DNA of 30,582 nucleotides from the NCBI GenBank assembly GCA_002189035.1, contig NEEC01000339.1, positions 1 to 30,582 of the forward strand. The letters are read 5' to 3'. Numbering within the stretch: the stretch's first letter is position 1; each line of letters begins with the position of its first letter. This stretch comes from Utricularia gibba. Its lineage: Eukaryota; Plantae; Magnoliophyta. The notes under the pieces were generated by a model. That model searched no databases and was not told the DNA's origin. It saw only the letters and a program-made list of their open reading frames with translations. Below are positions 1-12,000 of this stretch, one piece after another. The translations under genes were made by a program, and so were the position numbers.

Positions 1-3000
1 CGTAAGACACTTTTCGTTGTGGTTTGTTTTTAATATGTCCACAGTTATGGGACAAACTAACTCCAAATTATACTACTTGGAGCGAATAGGGCTTCCCAAT
101 GGTGTGCTATGAAGAGTTAGCATCTGCATGTTTTGGAAGAGGTGCTTCGTGGACCAGGATGTGCGACATAGTCATTTCATTGCGCATCACCATTCGGGGT
201 GCAGCCGAAAAATCACACGTGCACTGGATTCGTTAAAAGTAAACATTTTTGCGTACCTGGAGTATAATAGTGTTGGGATAAGTGATGCCACGAAATTCAT
301 GATGTAACATGTGACTTTTTTCCATCTTGATCGCATATCCGATGAAGTTTGACACAATATGTTTTGGCTGTTGATTGATGCAATTAGTTGCTATGATACT
401 TCTGATTCTTGATGCACCATTCCCATACACCATGTCTCTAGTGGCTATTTGATTCTTTTGCCGTGTATCTTGTTTGCATCAATTTCGAGAACGAAAAGCA
501 CATTATTAAACGCAGCCACCAAGGAAGGACACGTAAGACACTTTTCGTTGTGGTTTGTTTTAATATGTCCACAGTTATCGGACAAACGTAACTCCAAATT
601 ATACTACTTGGAGCACGAATAGGGCTTCCCAATGGTGTGCTATGAAGAGTTAGGATCTGCATGTTTTGGAAGAGGTGCTTCGTGGACCAGGATGTGCGAC
701 ATAGTCATTTCATTGCGCATCACCATTCGGGTGCAGCCTAAAAATCACACGTGCACTGGATTCGTTAAAAGTAAACATTTTTGCGTACCTGGAGTATAAT
801 AGTGTTGGGATAAGTGATGCCACGAAATTCATGATGTAACATGTGACTTTTTTCCATCTTGATCGCATATCCGATGAAGTTTGACACCATATGTTTTGGC
901 TGTTGATTGATGCAATTAGTTGCCATGATACTTCTGATTCTTGATAACCATTCCCATACACCATGTCTCTAGTGGCTATTTGATTCTTTTTGCCGTGTAT
1001 CTTTGCATCAATTTCGAGAACGAGAAGCACATTATTAAACGCAGCCACCAAGGAAGGACACGTAAGACACTTTTCGTTGTGGGTTTGTTTTTAATATGTC
1101 CACAGTTATGGACAAACGTAACTCCAATTATACTACTTGGAGCACGAATAGGGCTTCCCAATGGTGTGCTATGAAGAGTTAGGATCTGCATGTTTTGGAA
1201 GAGGTGCTTCGTGACCAGGATGTGCGACATAGTCATTTCATTGCGCATCACCATTCGGGGTGCAGCCTAAAAATCACACGTGCACTGGATTCGTTAAAAG
1301 TAAATATTTTGCATACCTGAGTATAAACAGTGTTGGGATAAGTGATGCCACGAAATTCATGATGTAACATGTGACTTTTTTCCATCTTGATCGCATATCC
1401 GATGAAGTTTGACACCATATGTTTGGCTGTTGATTGATGCAATTAGTTGCCATGATACTTCTGATTCTTGATGCACCATTCCCATACCATGTCTCTAGTG
1501 GCTATTTGATTCTTTTGCCGTGTATCTTTGCATCAATTTCGAGAACGAGAAGCACATTATTAAACGCAGCCACCAAGGAAGGACACGTAAGACACTTTTC
1601 GTTGTGGTTTGTTTTTAATATGTCCACAGTTATGGGACAAACGTAACTCCAAATTATACTACTTGGAGCACGAATAGGGCTTCCCAATGGTGTGCTATGA
1701 AGAGTTAGCATCTGCATGTTTTGGAAGAGGTGCTTCGTGGACCAGGATGTGCGACATAGTCATTTCATTGCGCATCACCATTCGGGGTGCAGCCTAAAAA
1801 TCACACGTGCACTGGATTTGTTAAAAGTAAATTTTGCGTACCTGAGTATACAACAGTGTTGGGATAAGTGATGCCACGAAATTCATGATGTAACATGTGA
1901 CTTTTTTTCCATCTTGATCGCATATCCGATGAAGTTTGACACATATGTTTTGGCTGTTGATTGATGCAATTAGTTGCCATGATACTTCTGATTCTTGATG
2001 CACCATTCCATACACCATGTCTCTAGTGGCTATTTGATTCTTTTGCCGTGTATCTTTGCATCAATTTCGAGAACGAGAAGCACATTATTAAACGCAGCCA
2101 CCAAGGAAGGACACGTAAGACACTTTTCGTTGTGGTTTTTTTAATATGTCCACAGTTATCGGACAAACGTAACTCCAATTATACTACTTGGAGCACGAAT
2201 AGGGCTTCCCAATGGTGTGCTATGAAGAGTTAGGATCTGCATGTTTTGGAAGAGGTGCTTCGTGGACCAGGATGTGCGACATAGTCATTTCATTGCGCAT
2301 CACCATTCGGGGTGCAGCCTAAAAATCACACGTGCACTGGATTTGTTAAAAAACATTTTGCATATCCTGAGTATACAAAGTGTTGGGATAAGTGATGCCA
2401 CGAAATTCATGATGTAACATGTGACTTTTTCCATCTTGATCGCATATCCGATGAAGTTTGACACATGTTTTTTGTGTTGATTGATGCAATTAGTTGCCAT
2501 GATACTTCTGATTCTTGATACACCATTCCCATACACCATGTCTCTAGTGGCTATTTGATTCTTTTGCCGTGTATCCCATTTGCATCAATTTCGAGAACGA
2601 GAAGCACATTATTAAACGCAGCCACCAAGGAAGGACACGTAAGACACTTTTCGTTGTGGTTTGTTTTTAATATGTCCACAGTTATGGGACAAACGTAACT
2701 CCAAATTATACTTCTTGGAGCACGAATAGGGCTTCCCAATGGTGTGCTATGAAGAGTTAGCATCTGCATGTTTTGGAAGAGGTGCTTCGTGGACCAGGAT
2801 GTGCGACATAGTCATTTCATTGCGCATCACCATTCGGGGTGCAGCCTAAAAATCACACGTGCACTGGATTCGTTAAAAGTAAACATTTTGCGTACCTGAG
2901 TATAAAAGTGTTGGGATAAGTGATGCACGAAATTCATGATGTAACATGTGACTTTTTTCCATCTTGATCGCATATCCGATGAAGTTTGACACCATATGTT

Positions 3001-6000
3001 TTGGCTGTTGATTGATGCAATTAGTTGCCATGATACTTCTGATTCTTGATGCACCATTCCCATACACCATGTCTCTAGTGGCTATTTGATTCTTTTGCCG
3101 TGTATCTTTGCATCAATTTCGAGAACGAGAAGCACATTATTAAACGCAGCCACCAAGGAAGGACACGTAAGACACTTTTCGTTGTGGTTTGTTTTTAATA
3201 TGTCCACAGTTATGGACAAACGTAACTCCAAATTATACTACTTGGAGCACGAATAGGGCTTCCCAATGGTGTGCTATGAAGAGTTAGCATCTGCATGTTT
3301 TGGAAGAGGTGCTTCGTGGACCAGGATGTGCGACATAGTCATTTCATTGCGCATCACCATTCGGGTGCAGCCTAAAAAATCACACGTGCACTGGATTCGT
3401 TAAAATAAACATTTTTGCGTACCTGAGTATAAACAGTGTTGGGATAAGTGATGCCACGAAATTCATGATGTAACATGTGACTTTTTTCCATCTTGATCGC
3501 ATATCCGATGAAGTTTGACACCATATGTTTTGGCTGTTGATTGATGCAATTAGTTGCCATGATACTTCTGATTCTTGATGCACCATTCCCATACACCATG
3601 TCTCTAGTGGCTATTTGATTCTTTTGCCGTGTATCCCATTTGCATCAATTTCGAGAACGAGAAGCACATTATTAAACGCAGCCACCAAGGAAGGACACGT
3701 AAGACACTTTTCGTTGTGGTTTGTTTTTAATATGTCCACAGTTATGGGACAAACGTAACTCCAAATTATACTACTTGGAGCACGAATAGGGCTTCCCAAT
3801 GGTGTGCTATGAAGAGTTAGCATCTGCATGTTTTGGAAGAGGTGCTTCGTGGACCAGGATGTGCGACATAGTCATTTCATTGCGCATCACCATTCGGGGT
3901 GCAGCCTAAAAATCACACGTGCACTGGATTCGTTAAAAAATAAACATTTTTGCGTACCTGGTATAAATAGTGTTGGGATAAGTGATGCCACGAAATTCAT
4001 GATGTAACATGTGACTTTTTTCCATCTTGATCGCATATCCGATGAAGTTTGACACCATATGTTTTGGCTGTTGATTGATGCAATTAGTTGCTATGATACT
4101 CTGATTCTTGATGCACCATTCCTTAAACCATGTCTCTAGTGGCTATTTGATTCTTTTGCCGTGTATCTTTGCATCAATTTCGAGAACGAGAAGCACATTA
4201 TTAAACGCAGCCACCAAGGAAGGACACGTAAGACACTTTTCGTTGTGGTTTGTTTTAATATGTCCACAGTTATGGGACAAACGTAACTCCAAATTATACT
4301 ACTTGGAGCACGAATAGGGCTTCCCAATGGTGTGCTATGAAGAGTTAGCATCTGCATGTTTTGGAAGAGGTGCTTCGTGGACCAGGATGTGCGACCTAGT
4401 CATTTCATTGCGCATCACCATTCGGGTGCAGCCGAAAAAATCACACGTGCACTGGATTCGTTAAAAGTAAACATTTTTGCGTACCTGGAGTATAATAGTG
4501 TTGGGATAAGTGATGCCACGAAATTCATGATGTAACATGTGACTTTTTTCCATCTTGATCGCATATCCGATGAAGTTTGACACAATATGTTTTGGCTGTT
4601 GATTGATGCAATTAGTTGCTATGATACTTCTGATTCTTGATGCACCATTCCCTTACACCATGTCTCTAGTGGCTATTTGATTCTTTTGCCGTGTATCTTG
4701 TTTGCATCAATTTCGAGAACGAGAAGCACATATTAAACGCAGCCACCAAGGAAGGACACGTAAGACACTTTTCGTTGTGGTTTGTTTTTAATATGTCCAC
4801 AGTTATCGGACAAACGAACTCCAAATTATACTACTTGGAGCACGAATAGGGCTTCCAATGGTGTGCTATGAAGAGTTAGGATCTGCATGTTTTGGAAGAG
4901 GTGCTTCGTGGACCAGGATGTGCGACATAGTCATTTCATTGCGCATCACCATTCGGGGTGCAGCCTAAAAATCACACGTGCACTGGATTCGTTAAAAGTA
5001 AACATTTTTGCGTACCTGGAGTATAATAGTGTTGGGATAAGTGATGCCACGAAATTCATGATGTAACATGTGACTTTTTTCCATCTTGATCGCATATCCG
5101 ATGAAGTTTGACACCATATGTTTTGGCTGTTGATTGATGCAATTAGTTGCCATGATACTTCTGATTCTTGATGCACCATTCCCTTACACCATGTCTCTAG
5201 TGGCTATTTGATTCTTTTGCCGTGTATCTTTTTGCATCAATTTCGAGAACGAGAAGCACATTATTAAACGCAGCCACCAAGGAAGGACACGTAAGACACT
5301 TTTCGTTGTGGTTTGTTTTTAATATGTCCACAGTTATGGACAAACGTAACTCCAAATTATACTACTTGGAGCACGAATAGGGCTTCCCAATGGTGTGCTA
5401 TGAAGAGTTAGCATCTGCATGTTTTGGAAGAGGTGCTTCGTGGACCAGGATGTGCGACATAGTCATTTCATTGCGCATCACCATTCGGGGGCAGCCGAAA
5501 AATCACACGTGCACTGGATTCGTTAAAAGTAAACATTTTTGCGTACCTGGAGTATAATAGTGTTGGGATAAGTGATGCCACGAAATTCATGATGTAACAT
5601 GTGACTTTTTTCCATCTTGATCGCATATCCGATGAAGTTTGACACATATGTTTTGGCTGTTGATTGATGCAATTAGTTGCTATGATACTTCTGATTCTTG
5701 ATGCACCATTCCCATACACCATGTCTCTAGTGGCTATTTGATTCTTTTGCCGTGTATCTTTGCATCAATTTCGAGAACGAGAAGCACATTATTAAACGCA
5801 GCCACCAAGGAAGGACACGTAAGACACTTTTCGTTGTGGTTTGTTTTTAATATGTCCACAGTTATGGGACAAACGTAAACTCCAAATTATACTACTTGGA
5901 GCACGAATAGGGCTTCCCAATGGTGTGCTATGAAGAGTTAGCATCTGCATGTTTTGGAAGAGGTGCTTCGTGGACCAGGATGTGCGACATAGTCATTTCA

Positions 6001-9000
6001 TTGCGCATCACCATTCGGGGTGCAGCCGAAAAAATCACACGTGCACTGGATTCGTTAAAAGTAAACATTTTTGCGTACCTGGAGTATAATAGTGTTGGGA
6101 TAAGTGATGCCACGAAATTCATGATGTAACATGTGACTTTTTTCCATCTTGATCGCATATCCGATGAAGTTTGACACAATATGTTTTGGCTGTTGATTGA
6201 TGCAATTAGTTGCCATGATACTTCTGATTCTTGATGCACCATTCCCATACACCATGTCTCTAGTGGCTATTTGATTCTTTGCCGTGTATCTTGTTTGCAT
6301 CAATTTCGAGAACGAGAAGCACATTATTAAACGCAGCCACCAAGGAAGGACACGTAAGACACTTTTCGTTGTGGTTTGTTTTTAATATGTCCACAGTTAT
6401 CGGACAAACGTAACTCCAAATTATACTACTTGGAGCACGAATAGGGCTTCCCAATGGTGTGCTATGAAGAGTTAGGATCTGCATGTTTTGGAAGAGGTGC
6501 TTCGTGACCAGGATGTGCGACATAGTCATTTCATTGCGCATCACCATTCGGGTGCAGCCTAAAAATCACACGTGCACTGGATTCGTTAAAAGTAAACATT
6601 TTTGCGTACCTGGAGTATAATAGTGTTGGGATAAGTGATGCCACGAAATTCATGATGTAACATGTGACTTTTTTCCATCTTGATCGCATATCCGATGAAG
6701 TTTGACACCATATGTTTTGGCTGTTGATTGATGCAATTAGTTGCCATGATACTTCTGATTCTTGATGCACCATTCCCACACCATGTCTCTAGTGGCTATT
6801 TGATTTTTGCCGTGTATCCCATTTGCATCAATTTCGAGAACGAGAAGCACATTATTAAACGCAGCCACCAAGGAAGGACACGTAAGACACTTTTCGTTGT
6901 GGTTTGTTTTTAATATGTCCACAGTTATCGGACAAACGTAACTCCAAATTATACTACTTGGAGCACGAATAGGGCTTCCCAATGGTGTGCTATGAAGAGT
7001 TAGGATCTGCATGTTTGGAAGAGGTGCTTCGTGGACCAGGATGTGCGACATAGTCATTTCATTGCGCATCACCATTCGGGGTGCAGCCTAAAAATCACAC
7101 GTGCACCGGATTTGTTAAAAATAAAATTTACGTACCTGAGTATAAACAGTGTTGGGATAAGTGATGCCACGAAATTCATGATGTAACATGTGACTTTTTT
7201 TCCATCTTGATCGCATATCCGATGAAGTTTGACACCATATGTTTTGGCTGTTGATTGATGCAATTAGTTGCCATGATACTTCTGATTCTTGATGCACCAT
7301 TCCCATACACCATGTCTCTAGTGGCTATTTGATTCTTTTGCCGTGTATCTTGTTTGCATCAATTTCGAGAACGAGAAGCACATTATTAAACGCAGCCACC
7401 AAGGAAGGACACGTAAGACACTTTTCGTTGTGGTTTGTTTTTAATATGTCCACAGTTATGGGACAAACGTAACTCCAAATTATACTTCTTGGAGCACGAA
7501 TAGGGCTTCCCAATGGTGTGCTATGAAGAGTTAGCATCTGCATGTTTTGGAAGAGGTGCTTCGTGGACCAGGATGTGCGACATAGTCATTTCATTGCGCA
7601 TCACCATTCGGGGTGCAGCCTAAAAATCACACGTGCACTGGATTCGTTAAAAAAAATTTTTGCGTACCTGAGTATAAACAGTGTTGGGATAAGTGATGCC
7701 ACGAAATTCATGATGTAACATGTGACTTTTTCCATCTTGATCGCATATCCGATGAAGTTTGACACCATATGTTTTGGCTGTTGATTGATGCAATTAGTTG
7801 CCATGATACTTCTGATTCTTGATGCACCATTCCCATACACCATGTCTCTAGTGGCTATTTGATTCTTTTGCCGTGTATCATTTGCATCAATTTCGAGAAC
7901 GAGAAGCACATTATTAAACGCAGCCACCAAGGAAGGACACGTAAGACACTTTTCGTTGTGGTTGTTTTTAATATGTCCACAGTTATCGGACAAACGTAAC
8001 TCCATATTATACTACTTGGAGCACGAATAGGGCTTCCCAATGGTGTGCTATGAAGAGTTAGGATCTGCATGTTTTGGAAGAGGTGCTTCGTGGACCAGGA
8101 TGTGCGACATAGTCATTTCATTGCGCATCACCATTCGGGGTGCAGCCTAAAAATCACACGTGCACTGGATTTGTTAAAAATAAATATTTACGCATACCTG
8201 AGTATACAACAGTGTTGGGATAAGTGATGCCACGAAATTCATGATGTAACATGTGACTTTTTTCCATCTTGATCGCATATCCGATGAAGTTTGACACCAT
8301 ATGTTTTGGCTGTTGATTGATGCAATTAGTTGCCATGATACTTCTGATTCTTGATGCACCATTCCCATACACCATGTCTCTAGTGGCTATTTGATTCTTT
8401 TGCCGTGTATCCATTTGCATCAATTTCGAGAACGAGAAGCACATTATTAAACGCAGCCACCAAGGAAGGACACGTAAGACACTTTTCGTTGTGGTTTGTT
8501 TTTAATATGTCCACAGTTATGGGACAAACGTAACTCCAAATTATACTTCTTGGAGCACGAATAGGGCTTCCCAATGGTGTGCTATGAAGAGTTAGCATCT
8601 GCATGTTTTGGAAGAGCTTCGTGGACCAGGATGTGTGCGACATAGTCATTTCATTGCGCATCACCATTCGGGGTGCAGCCTAAAAATCACACGTGCACTG
8701 GATTCGTTAAAAATAAATATTTACGCATATCCTGGAGTATAAACAGTGTTGGGATAAGTGATGCCACGAAATTCATGATGTAACATGTGACTTTTTCCAT
8801 CTTGATCGCATATCCGATGAAGTTTGACACCATGTTTTGGCTGTTGATTGATGCAATTAGTTGCTATGATACTTCTGATTCTTGATGCACCATTCCCATA
8901 CACCATGTCTCTAGTGGCTATTTGATTCTTTTGCCGTGTATCCATTTGCATCAATTTCGAGAACGAGAAGCACATTATTAAACGCAGCCACCAAGGAAGG

Positions 9001-12000
9001 ACACGTAAGACACTTTTCGTTGTGGTTTGTTTTTAATATGTCCACAGTTATGGGACAAACGTAACTCCAAATTATACTACTTGGAGCACGAATAGGGCTT
9101 CCCAATGGTGTGCTATGAAGAGTTAGCATCTGCATGTTTTGGAAGAGGTGCTTCGTGGACCAGGATGTGCGACATAGTCATTTCATTGCGCATCACCATT
9201 CGGGGTGCAGCTAAAAATCACACGTGCACTGGATTTGTTAAAAGTAAATATTTACGCGTACCTGAGTATAAACAGTTGGGATAAGTGATGCCACGAAATT
9301 CATGATGTAACATGTGACTTTTTTCCATCTTGATCGCATATCCGATGAAGTTTGACACCATATGTTTTGGCTGTTGATTGATGCAATTAGTTGCCATGAT
9401 ACTTCTGATTCTTGATGCACCATTCCCATACACCATGTCTCTAGTGGCTATTTGATTCTTTTGCCGTGTATCCATTTGCATCAATTTCGAGAACGAGAAG
9501 CACATTATTAAACGCAGCCACCAAGGAAGGACACGTAAGACACTTTTCGTTGTGGTTTGTTTTTAATATGTCCACAGTTATGGGACAAACGTAACTCCAA
9601 ATTATACTTCTTGGAGCACGAATAGGGCTTCCCAATGGTGTGCTATGAAGAGTTAGCATCTGCATGTTTTGGAAGAGGTGCTTCGTGGACCAGGATGTGC
9701 GACATAGTCATTTCATTGCGCATCACCATTCGGGGTGCAGCCTAAAAATCACACGTGCACCGGATTTGTTAAAAATAAATATTTACGCATATCCTGAGTA
9801 TACAACAGTGTTGGGATAAGTGATGCCACGAAATTCATGATGTAACATGTGACTTTTTTCCATCTTGATCGCATATCCGATGAAGTTTGACACCATACGT
9901 TTTGGCTGTTGATTGATGCAATTAGTTGCTATGATACTTCTGATTCTTGATGCACCATTCCCAGCATGTCTCTAGTGGCTATTTGATTCTTTTGCCGTGT
10001 ATCTTTGCATCAATTTCGAGAACGAGAAGCACATTATTAAACGCAGCCACCAAGGAAGGACACGTAAGACACTTTTCGTTGTGGTTTGTTTTTAATATGT
10101 CCACAGTTATGGGACAAACGTAACTCCAAATTATACTACTTGGAGCACGAATAGGGCTTCCCAATGGTGTGCTATGAAGAGTTAGCATCTGCATGTTTTG
10201 GAAGAGGTGCTTCGTGGACCAGGATGTGCGACATAGTCATTTCATTGCGCATCACCATTCGGGGTGCAGCCTAAAAATCACACGTGCACTGGATTCGTTA
10301 AAAGTAAACATTTTTGCGTACCTGGAGTATAATAGTGTTGGGATAAGTGATGCCACGAAATTCATGATGTAACATGTGACTTTTTCCATCTTGATCGCAT
10401 ATCCGATGAAGTTTGACACCATATGTTTTGGCTGTTGATTGATGCAATTAGTTGCCATGATACTTCTGATTCTTGATGCACCATTCCCATACACCATGTC
10501 TCTAGTGGCTATTTGATTCTTTTGCCGTGTATCTTGCATCAATTTCGAGAACGAGAAGCACATTATTAAACGCAGCCACCAAGGAAGGACACGTAAGACA
10601 CTTTTCGTTGTGGTTTGTTTTTAATATGTCCACAGTTATCGGACAAACGTAACTCCAAATTATACTACTTGGAGCACGAATAGGGCTTCCCAATGGTGTG
10701 CTATGAAGAGTTAGGATCTGCATGTTTTGGAAGAGGTGCTTCGTGGACCAGGATGTGCGACATAGTCATTTCATTGCGCATCACCATTCGGGGTGCAGCC
10801 TAAAAATCACACGTGCACTGGATTTGTTAAAAGTAAACATTTTGCATACCTGAGTATAAACAGTGTTGGGATAAGTGATGCCACGAAATTCATGATGTAA
10901 CATGTGACTTTTTTCCATCTTGATCGCATATCCGATGAAGTTTGACGCCATATGTTTTGGCTGTTGATTGATGCAATTAGTTGCCATGATACTTCTGATT
11001 CTTGATGCACCATTCCCTACACCATGTCTCTAGTGGCTATTTGATTCTTTTGCCGTGTATCCCATTTGCATCAATTTCGAGAACGAGAAGCACATTATTA
11101 AACGCAGCCACCAAGGAAGGACACGTAAGACACTTTTCGTTGTGGTTTGTTTTTAATATGTCCACAGTTTTGGACAAACGTAACTCCAAATTATACTACT
11201 TGGAGCACGAATAGGGCTTCCCAATGGTGTGCTATGAAGAGTTAGCATCTGCATGTTTTGGAAGAGGTGCTTCGTGGACCAGGATGTGCGACATAGTCAT
11301 TTCATTGCGCATCACCATTCGGGGTGCAGCCTAAAAATCACACGTGCACCGGATTTGTTAAAAATAAATATTTACGCATACCTGAGTATACAACAGTGTT
11401 GGGATAAGTGATGCCACGAAATTCATGATGTAACATGTGACTTTTTTCCATCTTGATCGCATATCCGATGAAGTTTGACACCATATTTTTTGGCTGTTGA
11501 TTGATGCAATTAGTTGCCATGATACTTCTGATTCTTGATACACCATTCCCATACACCATGTCTCTAGTGGCTATTTGATTCTTTTGCCGTGTATCCCATT
11601 TGCATCAATTTCGAGAACGAGAAGCACATTATTAAACGCAGCCACCAAGGAAGGACACGTAAGACACTTTTCGTTGTGGTTTGTTTTTAATATGTCCACA
11701 GTTATCGGACAAACGTAACTCCAAATTATACTACTTGGAGCACGAATAGGGCTTCCCAATGGTGTGCTATGAAGAGTTAGCATCTGCATGTTTTGGAAGA
11801 GGTGCTTCGTGGACCAGGATGTGCGACATAGTCATTTCATTGCGCATCACCATTCGGGGTGCAGCCTAAAAATCACACGTGCACCGGATTTGTTAAAAAT
11901 AAATTTTTTACGCATATCCTGAGTATACAACAGTGTTGGGATAAGTGATGCCACGAAATTCATGATGTAATGTGACTTTTTTCCATCTTGATCGCATATC

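Noticed and set aside
144-160. CENP-B box (CTTCGTGGACCAGGA resembles CTTCGTTGGAAACGGGA)
   Set aside because: The essential TTCG-N4-A-N2-CGGG spacing and bases are not met.
188-315. Budding-yeast point centromere (perfect CDEI GTCACATG on the minus strand)
   Set aside because: There is no >90% AT CDEII and no CDEIII consensus at the correct distance, and point centromeres are not tandem arrays.
60-345. 5S rRNA gene repeat (fragments such as TACTACT..AGCACG, CACGA..GGCTTCCCA and GATCGCAT resemble antisense plant 5S)
   Set aside because: The short matches are not collinear and are spread over far more than 120 nt. There is no continuous 5S homology.
288-350. Hammerhead ribozyme (retrozyme-type satellite): CGAAA ... 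CCGATGA
   Set aside because: The core is CCGAUGA rather than CUGANGA, helix II would close with an A-C mismatch, and no helix III partner with NUH exists. No CTGANGA is present on either strand.
570-660. Compensatory base pair: TATGGG/GCATC versus TATCGG/GGATC covary as G-C and C-G in most left-side monomers
   Set aside because: Only a 3-bp helix forms around the pair, and right-side monomers (m33, 37, 39, 44, 46) have G with G. Y-type variants also break the neighbouring putative stems, so haplotype linkage explains the pattern.
431-964. Monomer as a trimer of nucleosome-sized 178-bp subunits (534 = 3 x 178; two GCATC motifs exactly 178 apart)
   Set aside because: A manual ungapped comparison at offset 178 over the first 60 positions gave 16 of 60 matches, which is background level outside that pentamer.
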